Assembly (NCBI GenBank): GCA_000004985.1
Contig: GG738858.1
Reading direction: 5' to 3' (one strand)
From: Naegleria gruberi
Lineage: Eukaryota
Length of the DNA stretch: 64,000 nt
Both the position numbers and the translations under genes were made by a program. Below the pieces are notes generated by a model. It was not told the DNA's origin and ran no database searches. It saw nothing but the letters and a program-made list of their open reading frames with translations. Shown in pieces: positions 37,211 through 49,071 of the stretch. Within the stretch, counting starts at the first letter, position 1; each line of letters starts with the position of its first letter.

Positions 37211-38824
37211 CTACTGATTATTAAAGCAAATAGTATCCATTCTCAAAATATTGATTACAATCTGGATGGCAGTCTGAATGATATGTTTTCTGTTGTAAAA
37301 AGATTCAAGAGGAATGTAAGTGGTTGATGCGTGTTGGAATAACTCACTTCTCTGTATCAATGAAAGAGGCTTTTCATTTAGCGATTGTATAGAACTTGTC
37401 GATTGAATAAACGTCACATATTCCTCATTATTTTTCTTGACTAGTTCTTCTAGTAGTTGAAAGAAGTATCTTTCGTTGAATTGGGGTAGTGAATTCCTCA
37501 ACAACATTTTTGGAATGGTGAGCAGTGACTTGGAGACGAGGGTCACAATAATCTTAAACAATTCATCCTCTTTGTCTTGGGCAAGTGTTTGTACAATATT
37601 AGATAAATGGCATTCAAATGAACCTCCTCCAATTATTGCTGAAATTTCTCCTCTTCCAATTACATGTTTTACATGTCTAATACAATTAATTATTTGAAAT
37701 TCAACTTGATTCAAGTTTTCTTGATTCAATGATTTCAATTGTAGTGTGGAAAATACATCATCATGCATACTATTAGGAAAGTCAAAAGTTAAATCACATT
37801 GCTGACCATTATTCTTGAAAATAGTTTTCATGTTTGAAAGACCATAATTATAGTCTTTGAGATTTTCAAAGCAAGTTGCTATTCCAGTCATTTTCAAAAT
37901 ATCAACAAGTTTGAATATCAAATCCATACTATTTGATTGATAGAAAAATACTGAAACGCCTCTTTCATTCAAAATTTGAATAAATCTTCTACTCAGTATG
38001 TTAAACTGTTTTCCAACAAGTATAATTACATTACAATCTATTTTCATGGCAATATTTTGATCCAAATCACAACTGAGGATACATATTTTTGATTGATTAA
38101 CCTTTTCCTGTTGCGAAATTCTTATATTCAAATTCTGAAGTGATTGTAATGTCAAAGAATTTTTAAATAATTTACTATCATCTATCTTTCCCAAAGATTT
38201 AGAAATATTTAAATTATATTCAGAAATTAAATGTAAATTCTTAAACCCATTTGATGAATATTCAAACCATTCATAAATTAAATTTTTTAAATGATTACTT
38301 TGAATTTGAATATTAATCATTGATTTGATAAAAATTGATAATTCCTCACTCGTTCCAATCTTAATTTTTAATAATGAATTATCTGAATTGTTATTAAACA
38401 TTCTTTCCATAATTTGATGTAAATAATTACAAATGGTATTAATATTTTCATACTTGTTTCCAAATTCTGAACAAATTAAATCCAACAACTCATAACTCAA
38501 CACTAAACATGAAATTGTTCCATCACAAAATTCACTCGCAACACCACTAAACAATGATATCAAATATTGTACTATTGGATTATTAGTTTTAATAAATTCT
38601 AAAATCTGACTTCCACTCCTCGTAATAATTTGACTCTGATGAACATCAGTAATTAATTTAAATTTACCATTCGGACCAAATGATGAGGAAACCTGATTTA
38701 CCAACTTGAACAATTCATTTCTAATTTGAATGGTGGTATTATTATTTAATGTTTTCTGATGACTCACTGATAGAACCATCACTGAATTCGGAGAAAGAAA
38801 TCTCAAGCCTTGATTTTGTTGCAT
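37211..38824 (-). CDS. Highly divergent group II chaperonin (TCP-1/CCT)-like protein, possibly MKKS/BBS-type.
   Basis: 'GPNGKFKLITDVHQSQIITRSGSQILEFIKTNNPIVQYLISLFSGVASEFCDGTISCLVLSYELL' matches the CCT equatorial-domain consensus 'GP.G.DK........ITNDGATIL..L...HP.AK.L.........E.GDGTTSVV.LA.ELL'. The ORF-track start 38845 is TTG; the first ATG (MQQNQ...) is at about 38824. Confidence 0.5.
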   Translation of the reverse strand: MQQNQGLRFLSPNSVMVLSVSHQKTLNNNTTIQIRNELFKLVNQVSSSFGPNGKFKLITDVHQSQIITRSGSQILEFIKTNNPIVQYLISLFSGVASEFCDGTISCLVLSYELLDLICSEFGNKYENINTICNYLHQIMERMFNNNSDNSLLKIKIGTSEELSIFIKSMINIQIQSNHLKNLIYEWFEYSSNGFKNLHLISEYNLNISKSLGKIDDSKLFKNSLTLQSLQNLNIRISQQEKVNQSKICILSCDLDQNIAMKIDCNVIILVGKQFNILSRRFIQILNERGVSVFFYQSNSMDLIFKLVDILKMTGIATCFENLKDYNYGLSNMKTIFKNNGQQCDLTFDFPNSMHDDVFSTLQLKSLNQENLNQVEFQIINCIRHVKHVIGRGEISAIIGGGSFECHLSNIVQTLAQDKEDELFKIIVTLVSKSLLTIPKMLLRNSLPQFNERYFFQLLEELVKKNNEEYVTFIQSTSSIQSLNEKPLSLIQRSELFQHASTTYIPLESFYNRKHIIQTAIQIVINILRMDTICFNNQ

Positions 38825-39203
38825 TTTTTCCCGCCCAAATTCCAAAGGCTATTATCCAATCCTAACTTTTCCAACAACATTGTTAACAACCATTATTGAA
38901 AATCAATCTTTTAAGAGTATGCAATAACTTTGAATTTCAAACCTCAAGTCATTCATTAAATTACCTTCCAAATAAGTTAGTCAATCGACATCTACCTGAT
39001 GATTTTGACACAATTCACTGAATCATTCACTTGCAACGCCCACAATATCCAACAGCAAGTCGCATAGTTCACGTCCCAGTATCAAAATCCACAAGCGAAG
39101 AGTTTGAACAACCAGCAAAAAAATAACGATAAACGCAAAAGGCTTTTTTCATCATTCTTCTATATTGGCCAATAATTCAATTTACGCGTAGTGTTTAGAA
39201 TAG

Positions 39204-42200
39204 ATGATGTCGGTTCAATCGATAGTGGGAGGAGAAGGTTCTTCTAGAAGGACCAGAGGATCAATTTATTCTTCAATGATTCTGATCATGTCAATTGTGA
39301 TGATGATGATGGTCATTTTGATGGGTCAACAGGAATATCATTCTTGTAGTGCTGTTGTGAATCCAACATGTTTTGGTTTTACCAATAGTTCAGGTTTTGA
39401 ATGTGTTCATCAATTGGGATCATGTATTAGTGATAATACTTGTTTCTTTTCTCCAACAACTTCAATCATTGGAATGGGTAGTAATACCTATTCACAACTT
39501 GGTATTACTGCTTCAAATTTTACTGATTATCCAATTAGAGTCAACTCTACGTACAATAGAATTTTCTATATCAGTAAAATGACAATGACTAATAGTTTAG
39601 TAACAGACTACAATGGAGATGTGTTAATGTCTTCAACTCAAGATCAAAAATTCATTCAAGCCTCCACTGCACTTCCTGCTTTGACAACTATGAATATTGG
39701 TGGTGATTTTCCAATTGCAATTTTAGGAGATGATACCACTACTGCTTTAATCACAACCACTAACAAGATTTATGTTTATGGCGATCAGACAAATAATAAT
39801 TTGGGTAGAGAAACTCTTGCTGATGAGGTTGTTTCCTCTCCTACTGCTTTGGGTTATCAGAATGTTGTTGATGCTTCTATTTCAAAATTGGGTGGATGTG
39901 CAATTCATAGCAATAATGGTGTTGACTTTAATATTACTATTTGGGGACCAGCTGCTAAAACCATGTCCAATGGAGTTGGTTATTTAGCATTGACTAATCA
40001 AGCCATTAATAATGATAATTCTCGACCATTTGTAAAATGTGAAATTATTTCTGCTAAGAATTCAAGTGGTTATGATGTTCCAGCAGTTTTTGTTATGGAT
40101 GATTTGGGTAATTTGTACTCTGGTGGAGCCAGAAGTAATTTGGAAGGTTGTAATCCAACCATCAAAAATGCATGTGACTTTGGTGAATGTTTTGCTGCTC
40201 AAAAGATTTTATCAAGTGTAGATTCATTCAAGTGTTCAGCCACTCATTGTGTTGCTGCAATTAATGGTACAGATATTTATGTTTGGGGAAATAACACAAA
40301 TGGTCAACTCGGTAATTCTGCCTATCTCCAAACACCAACAAGGATTCAAGTGTTTACTCCAGAAACTATAATTCAAGTAACTGCTACTAAGAAAAATATT
40401 TATGCATTAACTGAATCTGGTTTTATTTATGGTATTGGTAGTAATGAAAAAGGTCAATTGGGTCGTTCTCCATCTACTTTCCTCTCTAGAACCTATTTCA
40501 CTAAAATTGTAATTCCAGATCAAAGAAGAAAGATTTGGCATATGGCTGATGGTCCAAACAGTGAACATTTGTTGGCCTTTACTGGCTTCAAATGTGCATC
40601 TCAATACTCAGGTGGTGATTGTTCCACTCCTCTTTTCAACTGTGCAGGTTATGCTCCAAGCGATTCTGCTGTTTGTGGAGGTAATGGTATTTGTGCTGAT
40701 ACTGATTATTGTATCTGTTCTTCTGGATTTATTGGTCAATTCTGTAACACTACAGTTTCATCAGCTTGTTATGGAAAGCCAACAAATTTGGCTTGTAGTA
40801 ACAGAGGTTCTTGTATTGGTGTTGATAATTGTCAGTGTGCCTCACCATTCACTGGCAACCAATGTGAATTGTTCCAAAATGATTTTAATTTTGTTGCAAA
40901 TTTCTCACAATTACCAAACTCAAAGATTTATGATAACTTTAATATTTCTAATCTTGTTATCACCCCTACACTTGGTATTTCCAACCCAGCTTATAATACT
41001 ATTTGGGCCTATACTCAATATACCTCAAAGCTTTATTTGACAGGTCCATCTTCATACAGTTGGCAAGGTAGTCAATTATCATTCGATAAGAATTTTGTTA
41101 CCAATTTGAAACCAGGTTATTATGTTCTCAAATCAGAAAGTATTGCCAATGTTACCAATCAAATAATTGTTGTTAACAATACTTTTACATTTGAAAAGGT
41201 TTCTACATCTTTAACAAATCCACTTACATTAGATCAAACAGGTGTAATCTATGTATCACAGTTTGCATCTGTTGTTGTTTCAGCACTTATTACTGACCCA
41301 ACCTTTGATGCCTCAACATTTGATTATGACTGGCTTTCCAGTAATGATCAAGCTAATTATGTTTCTGTCAAAGCATCCACATCTATTGTCAATAATAATA
41401 AGATTACTTTTACCAATCTTGCATCTCAACTCCTTCCATCAAACTTTGCTGGTACCAATCACACTGTTTTTTTCAAAGTAACATACAATAGATATAGTGG
41501 CGACTCCAATTCATTTAGTGCTTATTTCACAGTTGTCATCAGTACAAAGGCCTATGCCCCAACTATTGCTCTAACTAGATTCCCATTTAGCAGTTATTTG
41601 TCAACAACAAGAGCAACAAGTCTTTCAGCTGTTTTGACCTTCACTGAAACTATTCCTTCAGATTTGGTTATTAGTTACTTGTGGACCTGTGATAAATTTA
41701 CTATTACAGATGCCACACAAGCTGCTTTAATTATCTATCCAGCTCAATTGACCATTGATACTTCATACCAATTCTCCCTGACTGTCACTGTATCATACAA
41801 GGGAGATGTTAACACATATGTTTCTACTTTAAATATCAAAACTCCACCTGCTTTACCAACATATTCTGTTAATACTCAAATACTCAGCATTTCTCCAAGC
41901 GATGGTAGTGGTGTTGCTCTCCTCACCTCTCACAATATCACAGTTGCTCCTCTTCCAGTTTCTGATACTAGAATTCTCAAGTATACTGTCAGATATTCTT
42001 TCAATGCAAGTGATGCTGCATCCTTTAAAGATTTATTATCTCTCAGTTCAACAATTTTGAATGATAGTGCTTATCTTCCATATGGTACTATGACACTTCA
42101 AATCTACATTGAAGACGAATATGGAAACAAATTGACAGCTGGCAACTTGGCTGTTTCAACTCAAAATATTGACTTTAGTTCACTTGCTAATATTATTAAC

Positions 42201-44732
42201 ACAAGAGATTTGTCTTTGAATCAAATTGAAACTACAGCAACAACACTCAATTCTGCTGCTGACCAAGATACTAAATCCCTAAGAGAAAAACTTTCAGAAA
42301 TTCTTATAGCCAAACTTAATGGTCAATCTTCTTCGACAAGTCAAGCTATTTTGAGTATTTCTCAAAAACCTTCAGATATCACTGCTAAAACTTCTCAACT
42401 CCTTGTTTCTGGTGTTACAACTTTGGGAGGTAATCTCAGATCAATTTATGCAGCAGGTGGTGAAGCAGATAAAATAGCTAGTGCCTTGACTGGTTCATTG
42501 TCAAACATTGTTGACAACAAGAATATTACTACAAATGAAACCAATAAGGATATTACCAATTCTTTGGCTTCTATCTCAAGAGAACTTGCCAAGATTTTAC
42601 TTCCATCCCAAACCTTGTCAATCAGCTCTAATAATTTCAATATCCTTGTTTTTGGATCTTCCTCTACAAAATCCAGTAATTATACTATTGAAGGATCATC
42701 AATTGGTACTCCTGACAACTTTGATGAATATCTTTCTGGTGCCACTTCATCACTTAACTCTGCCTCTAAGGCCTATGGTGTTGAACTTGTCTACTACAAA
42801 TCTTCATTGTTTGAATCAGTTGGAAAAGCCTCTAACAGTACAAGATCTAGTAATATTTTATCATTTGTTGTTAGTGCCTCCACATCATTTGGTAGTGAAA
42901 GTAGATCGACAGTTTCTATCAAGGGATTGACGAAACCTTTGGTGTTTACATTTACTGTAGCTAATGGTTCTACAAATGGATTCGAATGTAAATTTATTGA
43001 CGAAATTAATAATTATTGGAGTACAGATGGTTGTTCCTCTTTGATCCTCAATGACAACACTGTACAATGTTCATGCAATCACGCAACTAAATTCTCTACA
43101 TTCAGATTATTTACTCAAGTTGTATCCCAAGAAGAATATCTTGGAAGTACTGGTATTAGAATTGTCAATGTTATTTTTGGTGCTATTTATTTCTGTCTAG
43201 CTGCTTTGGTGTTCATTGCTTTGATTATTCTCAGAAACATCAATCCTGTAAGATCAAGATACATTGGTCCTTACATTGGTTTGATTGCAATTATGGTTGA
43301 CTCATTGATCATTTCATTCATCCAAAATATTGTAGTTTTATCTTTGGATAAGGGTATATCCAATTCAACTGCCGATATTGCCAATATTAGAAGAATCAGC
43401 GACGGTTTTAACTATTTCAATGTAATCCTTGTCATTCCTCTTTACTTGACCGCTTTCTTCACTTTCTTGGTCCAAATTGTTAGATACTTTATCAAGAGAC
43501 ACATGTATGAATTCATGTCAAATAAGGTTCTTTTCAATGCTCAAATTTATAGAGCTATTACTTCCAAGATTGCCTTTTGGGTTACCTTGCTTTCTTCTTT
43601 GGCAATAATTATGGCTTATTACACCATTTGGGTTGGTTTGGGAGGAGGAAATGTTTTCGTTGTTAGTACAAACACTGCTCAACAAGATAAGGAAAGAATG
43701 ACATTTACATATATTACTTCCCTTTCCTACTTTGGTCTTGCATGGATAATTGCTATCTGTATGGTTGTTATTGCAGCTTGGGATCTTTTCTACATGAATC
43801 GCCATTTATTCACTTCATGTTGTTATTCTCAAGAAGATTTGTTGAAGAAATCCTCTAGCAATCTTAATCAAACTAGAAATAGAGTTGAAAAACTTCTCAA
43901 TATGTTATCTAGAACAAAGAAACAAAAAGTTCAACTTGGAAAGTCTGCATGGTTGACTGTCCCTCAAGTTTACTACTTTACCGATGACAATTTATATTTC
44001 AGATTGGAAATTCACGTCTTTATTACAGCCTTTGTTTTCCTCACCATCAACTATCTTGCTGGTATTGCTGATATTTCAGTAATTTCAGTTGGATTAACCA
44101 ATGCTGGATCCCGTTTGGCTCCTCAAATTGTTTCCCTAATTGCTGGTATTCTCTACACATTCTGTTTGATTGCTGCTTTTGGTGGTGTGATTGTTGTCTC
44201 TTACCTTACTGAAAGACGTAGAAAGCAGTACCATAAGGATGTAGCTCCTCAATCAAAGATGGATGAAGATGAATTGAACATTGTATTGAGTGATAGATTT
44301 GGTAAACCATTGTTTGTTGAATTCTGTCAAAAAGAATTCTCACTTGAAGTAAGTTTTGGAAATTTTAATTTTATTAACACATTTAAATAGAATGTTTATT
44401 TCTATGATGCAATTACTGATTTCCTTAGAAGTGCTGATTCTAAATCAGATGCAGATGTTAAGAATTCCATTTCTGACATGTTTGAAAAGTATATCAAGAC
44501 TGGTTCTGAATATGAAGTCAACTTGCCTAGCGCCTCAAAGAAGGCCTTTATCACAACACACGAGTGTTCACAACCATCCTCCAAGATGGTTAAGGATATG
44601 TTGGACAATGTAATGATTTCAGTCATGTACAATTTGAAGGATACTTACAGTAGATTCTCAATGACTGAAGAATACAAGCTCTACCAACAAAGTAGAGACA
44701 ACATCAGTATGTTGGAAAACAACTTCTTGTAA
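39204..44732 (+). CDS. Large receptor with RCC1-like repeats, EGF-like Cys modules, an S/T-rich stalk, GAIN/GPS, 7TM and a C-terminal RGS domain. Two exons: 39204-44348 and 44391-44732.
   Basis: RCC1-type repeats: 'VYGDQTNNNLGRE', 'VWGNNTNGQLGNS', 'GIGSNEKGQLGRS'. EGF-like: 'CAGYAPSDSAVCGGNGICADTDYCICSSGFIGQFC', 'CSNRGSCIGVDNCQCASPFTGNQC'. GPS motif 'CKFIDEINNYWSTDGCSSLILNDNTVQCSCNHATKFS'. Seven hydrophobic helices span 43140-44230. The RGS domain is split by a 42-nt intron (gtaagt...aaatag): '...PLFVEFCQKEFSLE|NVYFYDAITDFLRSADS...EYEVNLPSASKKAFITT...YSRFSMTEEYKLY'. Confidence 0.75.
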
Positions 44733-44914
44733 ACAAGCAATTAAGAGTTAATAAATCTAAATTTCATTCAATAAATGTTAAGCAATGAAATTGTGACTAA
44801 CAATCTAACACACTCGAAATTTGGCGCCTAAATTTTCCGTTTTTTAAATTTGAAAACAAAACGTTAACATAAGTTTCCCGCCAATCATCTTTAAACAAAA
44901 CAACAATCAAAAAA

Positions 44915-47047
44915 ATGTCCACACTCACGCCAAACAACTACTTGAAGCGTAAGCGAAGTGATGAAAACTCACCAACGGACCAAGAGAATGTAAATCCTAA
45001 CAAGAAGACTAGTAAAATCCCAGTACTAAAACACTCTAATAGCTCCTCCTCTCTCAACTCATCAACACTTTCCACCAACAAAACCACACCAGTTAAACCA
45101 ACCTTACCAACAAGAACCAATTCAATCCGAGCAAATGCCACTTCTAAGATTAATATGCCAAAGCCTACATCTACACCTTCCACTAGAGTCTCACACTATC
45201 AAAAAACTACACCAAATAGTACAAATCCAAATGCCAGACAATTCGGTTCTGTCTCTGGTAGAATGCTTGCTCCAGGAAGAACAACCCAACAACAACAGCA
45301 GCAACAACAACAACTTCAACAACAATCGAAGGTTGAACTTGAACAAACCAAGTCTCAACTTTCACTTGTTTCCGAAGAAAATAACCACCTCAAGACTAAA
45401 ATCGATGAACAAACCAATCAACTCAAAGATTTGGGTCAGTTAGAAGAAAGAACAAAGTTCCTCTCCACTCAAGCAAACAAATTCCAAGAAGAAAACTTCC
45501 AATTGAAGTCTACAGTCACATCCCAAGAAATTGAAATTAGTGCCATGAAAGGTGTTCAAGAAAGATTACAATCTGATAATATTGATTTGAGAGTTAAAGT
45601 CAGCTCTTTGGAAAAGGAAGTCTCAATGGAAAAGAAGCAAGCAGAAATGGACAAGGCCACCATTAAAATTCAATACGAAAGTGAGCTTAGAATTCAAAAA
45701 GAAACATTCGAACAGCAAATTACTGAAATTACTGAAATTAAGGATAAAGAGCTTTCTCTCACTAAAGACAGACTCACTAGGGAAATTACCAAGTACAAAA
45801 CTGATTTGGAAAAGACTCAATTTGACTTGAGCTTATCAGTTGAAGATGCCAACTCCAAAGCAGAAAAGATTAGATCTCTTGAAGAAATTATCAGACAACA
45901 AGCAGAAGATATCAAATCTCTTGAGAGTAAGAGACATAAGGATGAAAATGAAAGAAGAAGATTACACAATCTCATTCAAGAACTTAAAGGTAATATCAGA
46001 GTTTATTGTAGAGTCAAGCCTGCCCAAAACTTGAAATGTATAGATTATCCAGAAAATGATGTTGATGAAAGATCCATCAGTGTTCAAGAGGAATCCAGAA
46101 CATCTGCAACTGGTGCTTCAGTTGATGGCAAGAAGGCCTTTTTCGAATTTGACAAGGTATTCAAACCAAACTCAAAGCAAAGTGAAATTTTCCACGAAAT
46201 TTCTCAACTTGTACAAAGTGCACTTGATGGTTTCAAGGTTTGTATCTTTGCCTATGGTCAAACTGGTTCTGGTAAGACTTTTACTATGGAAGGTCCACCA
46301 AGAGATGTAATCTCAAAGCTTGATATTGAATCACAAAAAGAAGTTGTTGGTATGATTCCAAGAAGTGTTGACCAAATCTTTGAATCAGCTGAAAGACTCA
46401 AAGAAAGAGGATGGACTTTCTCAATCGTTGCTAGCTTTGTAGAAATTTACAATGAAACTATTAGAGATTTGTTAGACTCCACAACTAAGGACAATGTAAA
46501 ACATGAAATTAAGCATACTAAAGATGGCTCTACATCAGTAACTGGTATCAAATACGTCAACGTTTCTGGTCCACAACACGTTCAAGATTTGTTAAAGATT
46601 GCTTCCAAGAATAGAGCTGTTGCAGCAACTCAATCAAACGATAGATCTAGTAGATCACATTCTGTCTTTACTTTGCAAATTACAGGAAGAAATGATATCA
46701 CTGATCAAACAACTCAAGGAGCATTGAATTTAGTCGATTTGGCAGGTAGTGAAAGAATTGGTACCAGTCAACCAGCTAACGGTGAAAGAGTTAAAGAAAC
46801 CCAAAACATTAATCTCAGTTTGACATGCTTGAGTAATGTTGTAAATGCTCTTTTGAATAAGTCATCACATGTTCCATACAGAGACTCTAAATTGACCTAC
46901 CTCCTTCAAAATTGTTTAGGCAAAGATGCCAAGACTTTGATGTTTGTTAATATTGACCCAGATAATGTAAATGAATCTCTTCAATCACTTCGTTTTGCTG
47001 CTAAGGTAAATTCATGTGAAGTTAATGCCTCAAGAAAGGTAAAGTAG
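44915..47047 (+). CDS. Kinesin-14 (C-terminal motor, minus-end-directed type). 710 aa.
   Basis: N-terminal Ser/Thr/Gln-rich tail, then coiled coil. Neck 'KGNIRVYCRVKP'. P-loop 'GQTGSGKTFTM'. Switch I 'SSRSHSVF'. Switch II 'DLAGSE'. The motor sits at the C-terminus. Confidence 0.88.
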   Translation: MSTLTPNNYLKRKRSDENSPTDQENVNPNKKTSKIPVLKHSNSSSSLNSSTLSTNKTTPVKPTLPTRTNSIRANATSKINMPKPTSTPSTRVSHYQKTTPNSTNPNARQFGSVSGRMLAPGRTTQQQQQQQQQLQQQSKVELEQTKSQLSLVSEENNHLKTKIDEQTNQLKDLGQLEERTKFLSTQANKFQEENFQLKSTVTSQEIEISAMKGVQERLQSDNIDLRVKVSSLEKEVSMEKKQAEMDKATIKIQYESELRIQKETFEQQITEITEIKDKELSLTKDRLTREITKYKTDLEKTQFDLSLSVEDANSKAEKIRSLEEIIRQQAEDIKSLESKRHKDENERRRLHNLIQELKGNIRVYCRVKPAQNLKCIDYPENDVDERSISVQEESRTSATGASVDGKKAFFEFDKVFKPNSKQSEIFHEISQLVQSALDGFKVCIFAYGQTGSGKTFTMEGPPRDVISKLDIESQKEVVGMIPRSVDQIFESAERLKERGWTFSIVASFVEIYNETIRDLLDSTTKDNVKHEIKHTKDGSTSVTGIKYVNVSGPQHVQDLLKIASKNRAVAATQSNDRSSRSHSVFTLQITGRNDITDQTTQGALNLVDLAGSERIGTSQPANGERVKETQNINLSLTCLSNVVNALLNKSSHVPYRDSKLTYLLQNCLGKDAKTLMFVNIDPDNVNESLQSLRFAAKVNSCEVNASRKVK

Positions 47048-47472
47048 AGAGTGGATCCTACTTTATTTATAAAAAATTAATTTATTAACTATTGTTTTTG
47101 GCTAATGAGTAATAACTTGTCCTTGTACACAGATAATATAACTAATGAACCTGTACAATATTAGCCTTCAAATCATCATTACCAAGATAACAAGTTTGTG
47201 TGCATCAATTTGATTGAGTTGCTGCAACAAGTGCACTTGCATAGAAAGTGTGAAACCTTGATGGTACCAATTAAAAATGAGGTTGATGATGGCTGGAAAC
47301 ACTTTAAAAAATACAACAACATCCCTCCCGCGATCACGCCGGTGCAACAAATTCTTCATCATCAATTTCCATCTAGAAAATCTGAGTAAACATTGTATGT
47401 TTAATTGTATAACCTTAGATTTATAATATTAATAATAATTTATTGTATTTTTAAAATTATAGTATATCCATC

Positions 47473-49071
47473 ATGACTGAATTAACACCACAACAAATTA
47501 GTGTCAGCTTTGTTACTCAATATTACTTTATTTTGTCATCAAATACTAAAAACCTTTTCAAATTTTACAAGACCGAATCTGAGATGACTCATGAACACTC
47601 AACTGTTGTTAAGCAATTACCCGGAAATATTAATCCTAATGCAGCAGTTGGAGTTGATAATATTGAAAAGAAGATTTCAACCCTAGGCTATGAAGAATGT
47701 AAAGTCAAATTGACCTATGTTGACTCACAACGCTCATTGAATGGAGCTGTTTTTGTTTTTGTAGAAGGTGTTATGACAAGACAAGTTGACCAAAAGGAAA
47801 TGAATTTCACTCAAACTTTCCTTTTGGCTGAACAAGAAAATGGATACTTTGTTAGAAATGATTATCTTCGTTTCATTCCTGATACATCTAACATTCCAAC
47901 CACTGTTCAAGCTACTCAAAGCAATCCTCCACTTGCTGAATCATCAACCACTGCTTCTGTTTCCAGCACTTCAAGCAGTGAACATCACTCTAAATCACAA
48001 AATGGTCATCAATTATCCTTCTCTCTTAATCCATCCACTGTTAACATTGTTTCCTCTACTACCAACGGTTCTCACTCTCCAAGAAGTGAAGCCAGTTCAA
48101 CTGCTGCTACAGCTGGTGCCAGTTCTGTTTATGGTGGAGCAGAAGAAAATCAATTAGATGATGAAGCTGAGGAAGAAGAAATTACAGTAGTTGAAAAGCC
48201 ACAACAAAATCAACAACCAACTCAAGCTAAATCAACTACTAGTGTACCTGCTGAAAATAAGGAACCACACGGAACAATTTCTTATGCTGCTGCTGCTAGT
48301 GGTAGAGATTATAAGAATGAATCATCTGAACAAACTCAACCAAAACACAAGTCTGGAAAGAAACACAACAAGGAAAATAAGGAACACAAGACTGAACAAC
48401 ACAAGACCGAAAACAAGGAACACAAGACTACCACTGAACAACAACAACACAATAAGGAACACAAAGAACACAAGGAACACAAAGATCACAAAGAACACAA
48501 GGAACATAAGGACCACAAGAATGAACATCATAAGAATGAACACAAGAAACCAGCCACTGCTCCAGTAACTGGTGAACAAAAGCAAGTATCAGCTGAAAAG
48601 AAGGAAAAGACTTTCCGTGGAAAGGATCATCCACTTAATAAGCATGCTATCTATGTTCGTGATCTTCCTGTTGGCACTAAGGATAGTGATTTGAAGGAAG
48701 CTTTTGCAGCTTATGGTAGCATTATTGATATTAACAACAAGTCTGGTAAGGATCAATCATACAATAAGTATGCTTTGATTTTCTTTGAAAAACAACAAAG
48801 TGTTGATGAAGTATTGAAGAATCCAGCTGTCTCAATCAATAATCACCAATGTCCAATCACAAAATACCAAAGAAAGCCAAAACAATACCCAAGAACTCCA
48901 AACCAACCAACATCTACAACCACCACCAGTACACCAACAAAGACTGAGACCACTACTACTCCTGTCACCAATAATACTCAACAACCACGTAATAATAATA
49001 ACAATAATCGTGCTCCAAGACAAAAGTATACTCGTGCCACCAGTAATGAAAGTGAATCAGAAAAGAAGTAA
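47473..49071 (+). CDS. NTF2-like domain plus RRM protein (G3BP-like) with a His/Lys-rich tandem repeat in the linker.
   Basis: NTF2 fold start 'QQISVSFVTQYYFILSSNTKNLFKFY'. RRM 'HAIYVRDLPVGTKDSDLKEAFAAYGSIIDIN...YALIFFEK'. Linker 'HKEHKTEQHKTENKEHKTT...HNKEHKEHKEHKDHKEHKEHKDHKNEHHKNEHKK'. Confidence 0.8.
   Translation: MTELTPQQISVSFVTQYYFILSSNTKNLFKFYKTESEMTHEHSTVVKQLPGNINPNAAVGVDNIEKKISTLGYEECKVKLTYVDSQRSLNGAVFVFVEGVMTRQVDQKEMNFTQTFLLAEQENGYFVRNDYLRFIPDTSNIPTTVQATQSNPPLAESSTTASVSSTSSSEHHSKSQNGHQLSFSLNPSTVNIVSSTTNGSHSPRSEASSTAATAGASSVYGGAEENQLDDEAEEEEITVVEKPQQNQQPTQAKSTTSVPAENKEPHGTISYAAAASGRDYKNESSEQTQPKHKSGKKHNKENKEHKTEQHKTENKEHKTTTEQQQHNKEHKEHKEHKDHKEHKEHKDHKNEHHKNEHKKPATAPVTGEQKQVSAEKKEKTFRGKDHPLNKHAIYVRDLPVGTKDSDLKEAFAAYGSIIDINNKSGKDQSYNKYALIFFEKQQSVDEVLKNPAVSINNHQCPITKYQRKPKQYPRTPNQPTSTTTTSTPTKTETTTTPVTNNTQQPRNNNNNNRAPRQKYTRATSNESESEKK

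Noticed and set aside
39373-43805. Many 60-165-aa ORFs in other frames or antisense within the big receptor gene (39373-39582, 39772-39987, 40549-41040, 42508-42930, 43518-43805 and others)
   Set aside because: They are fully nested in a long, motif-rich ORF and have low-complexity Leu/Ile-rich translations typical of off-frame AT-rich coding DNA.
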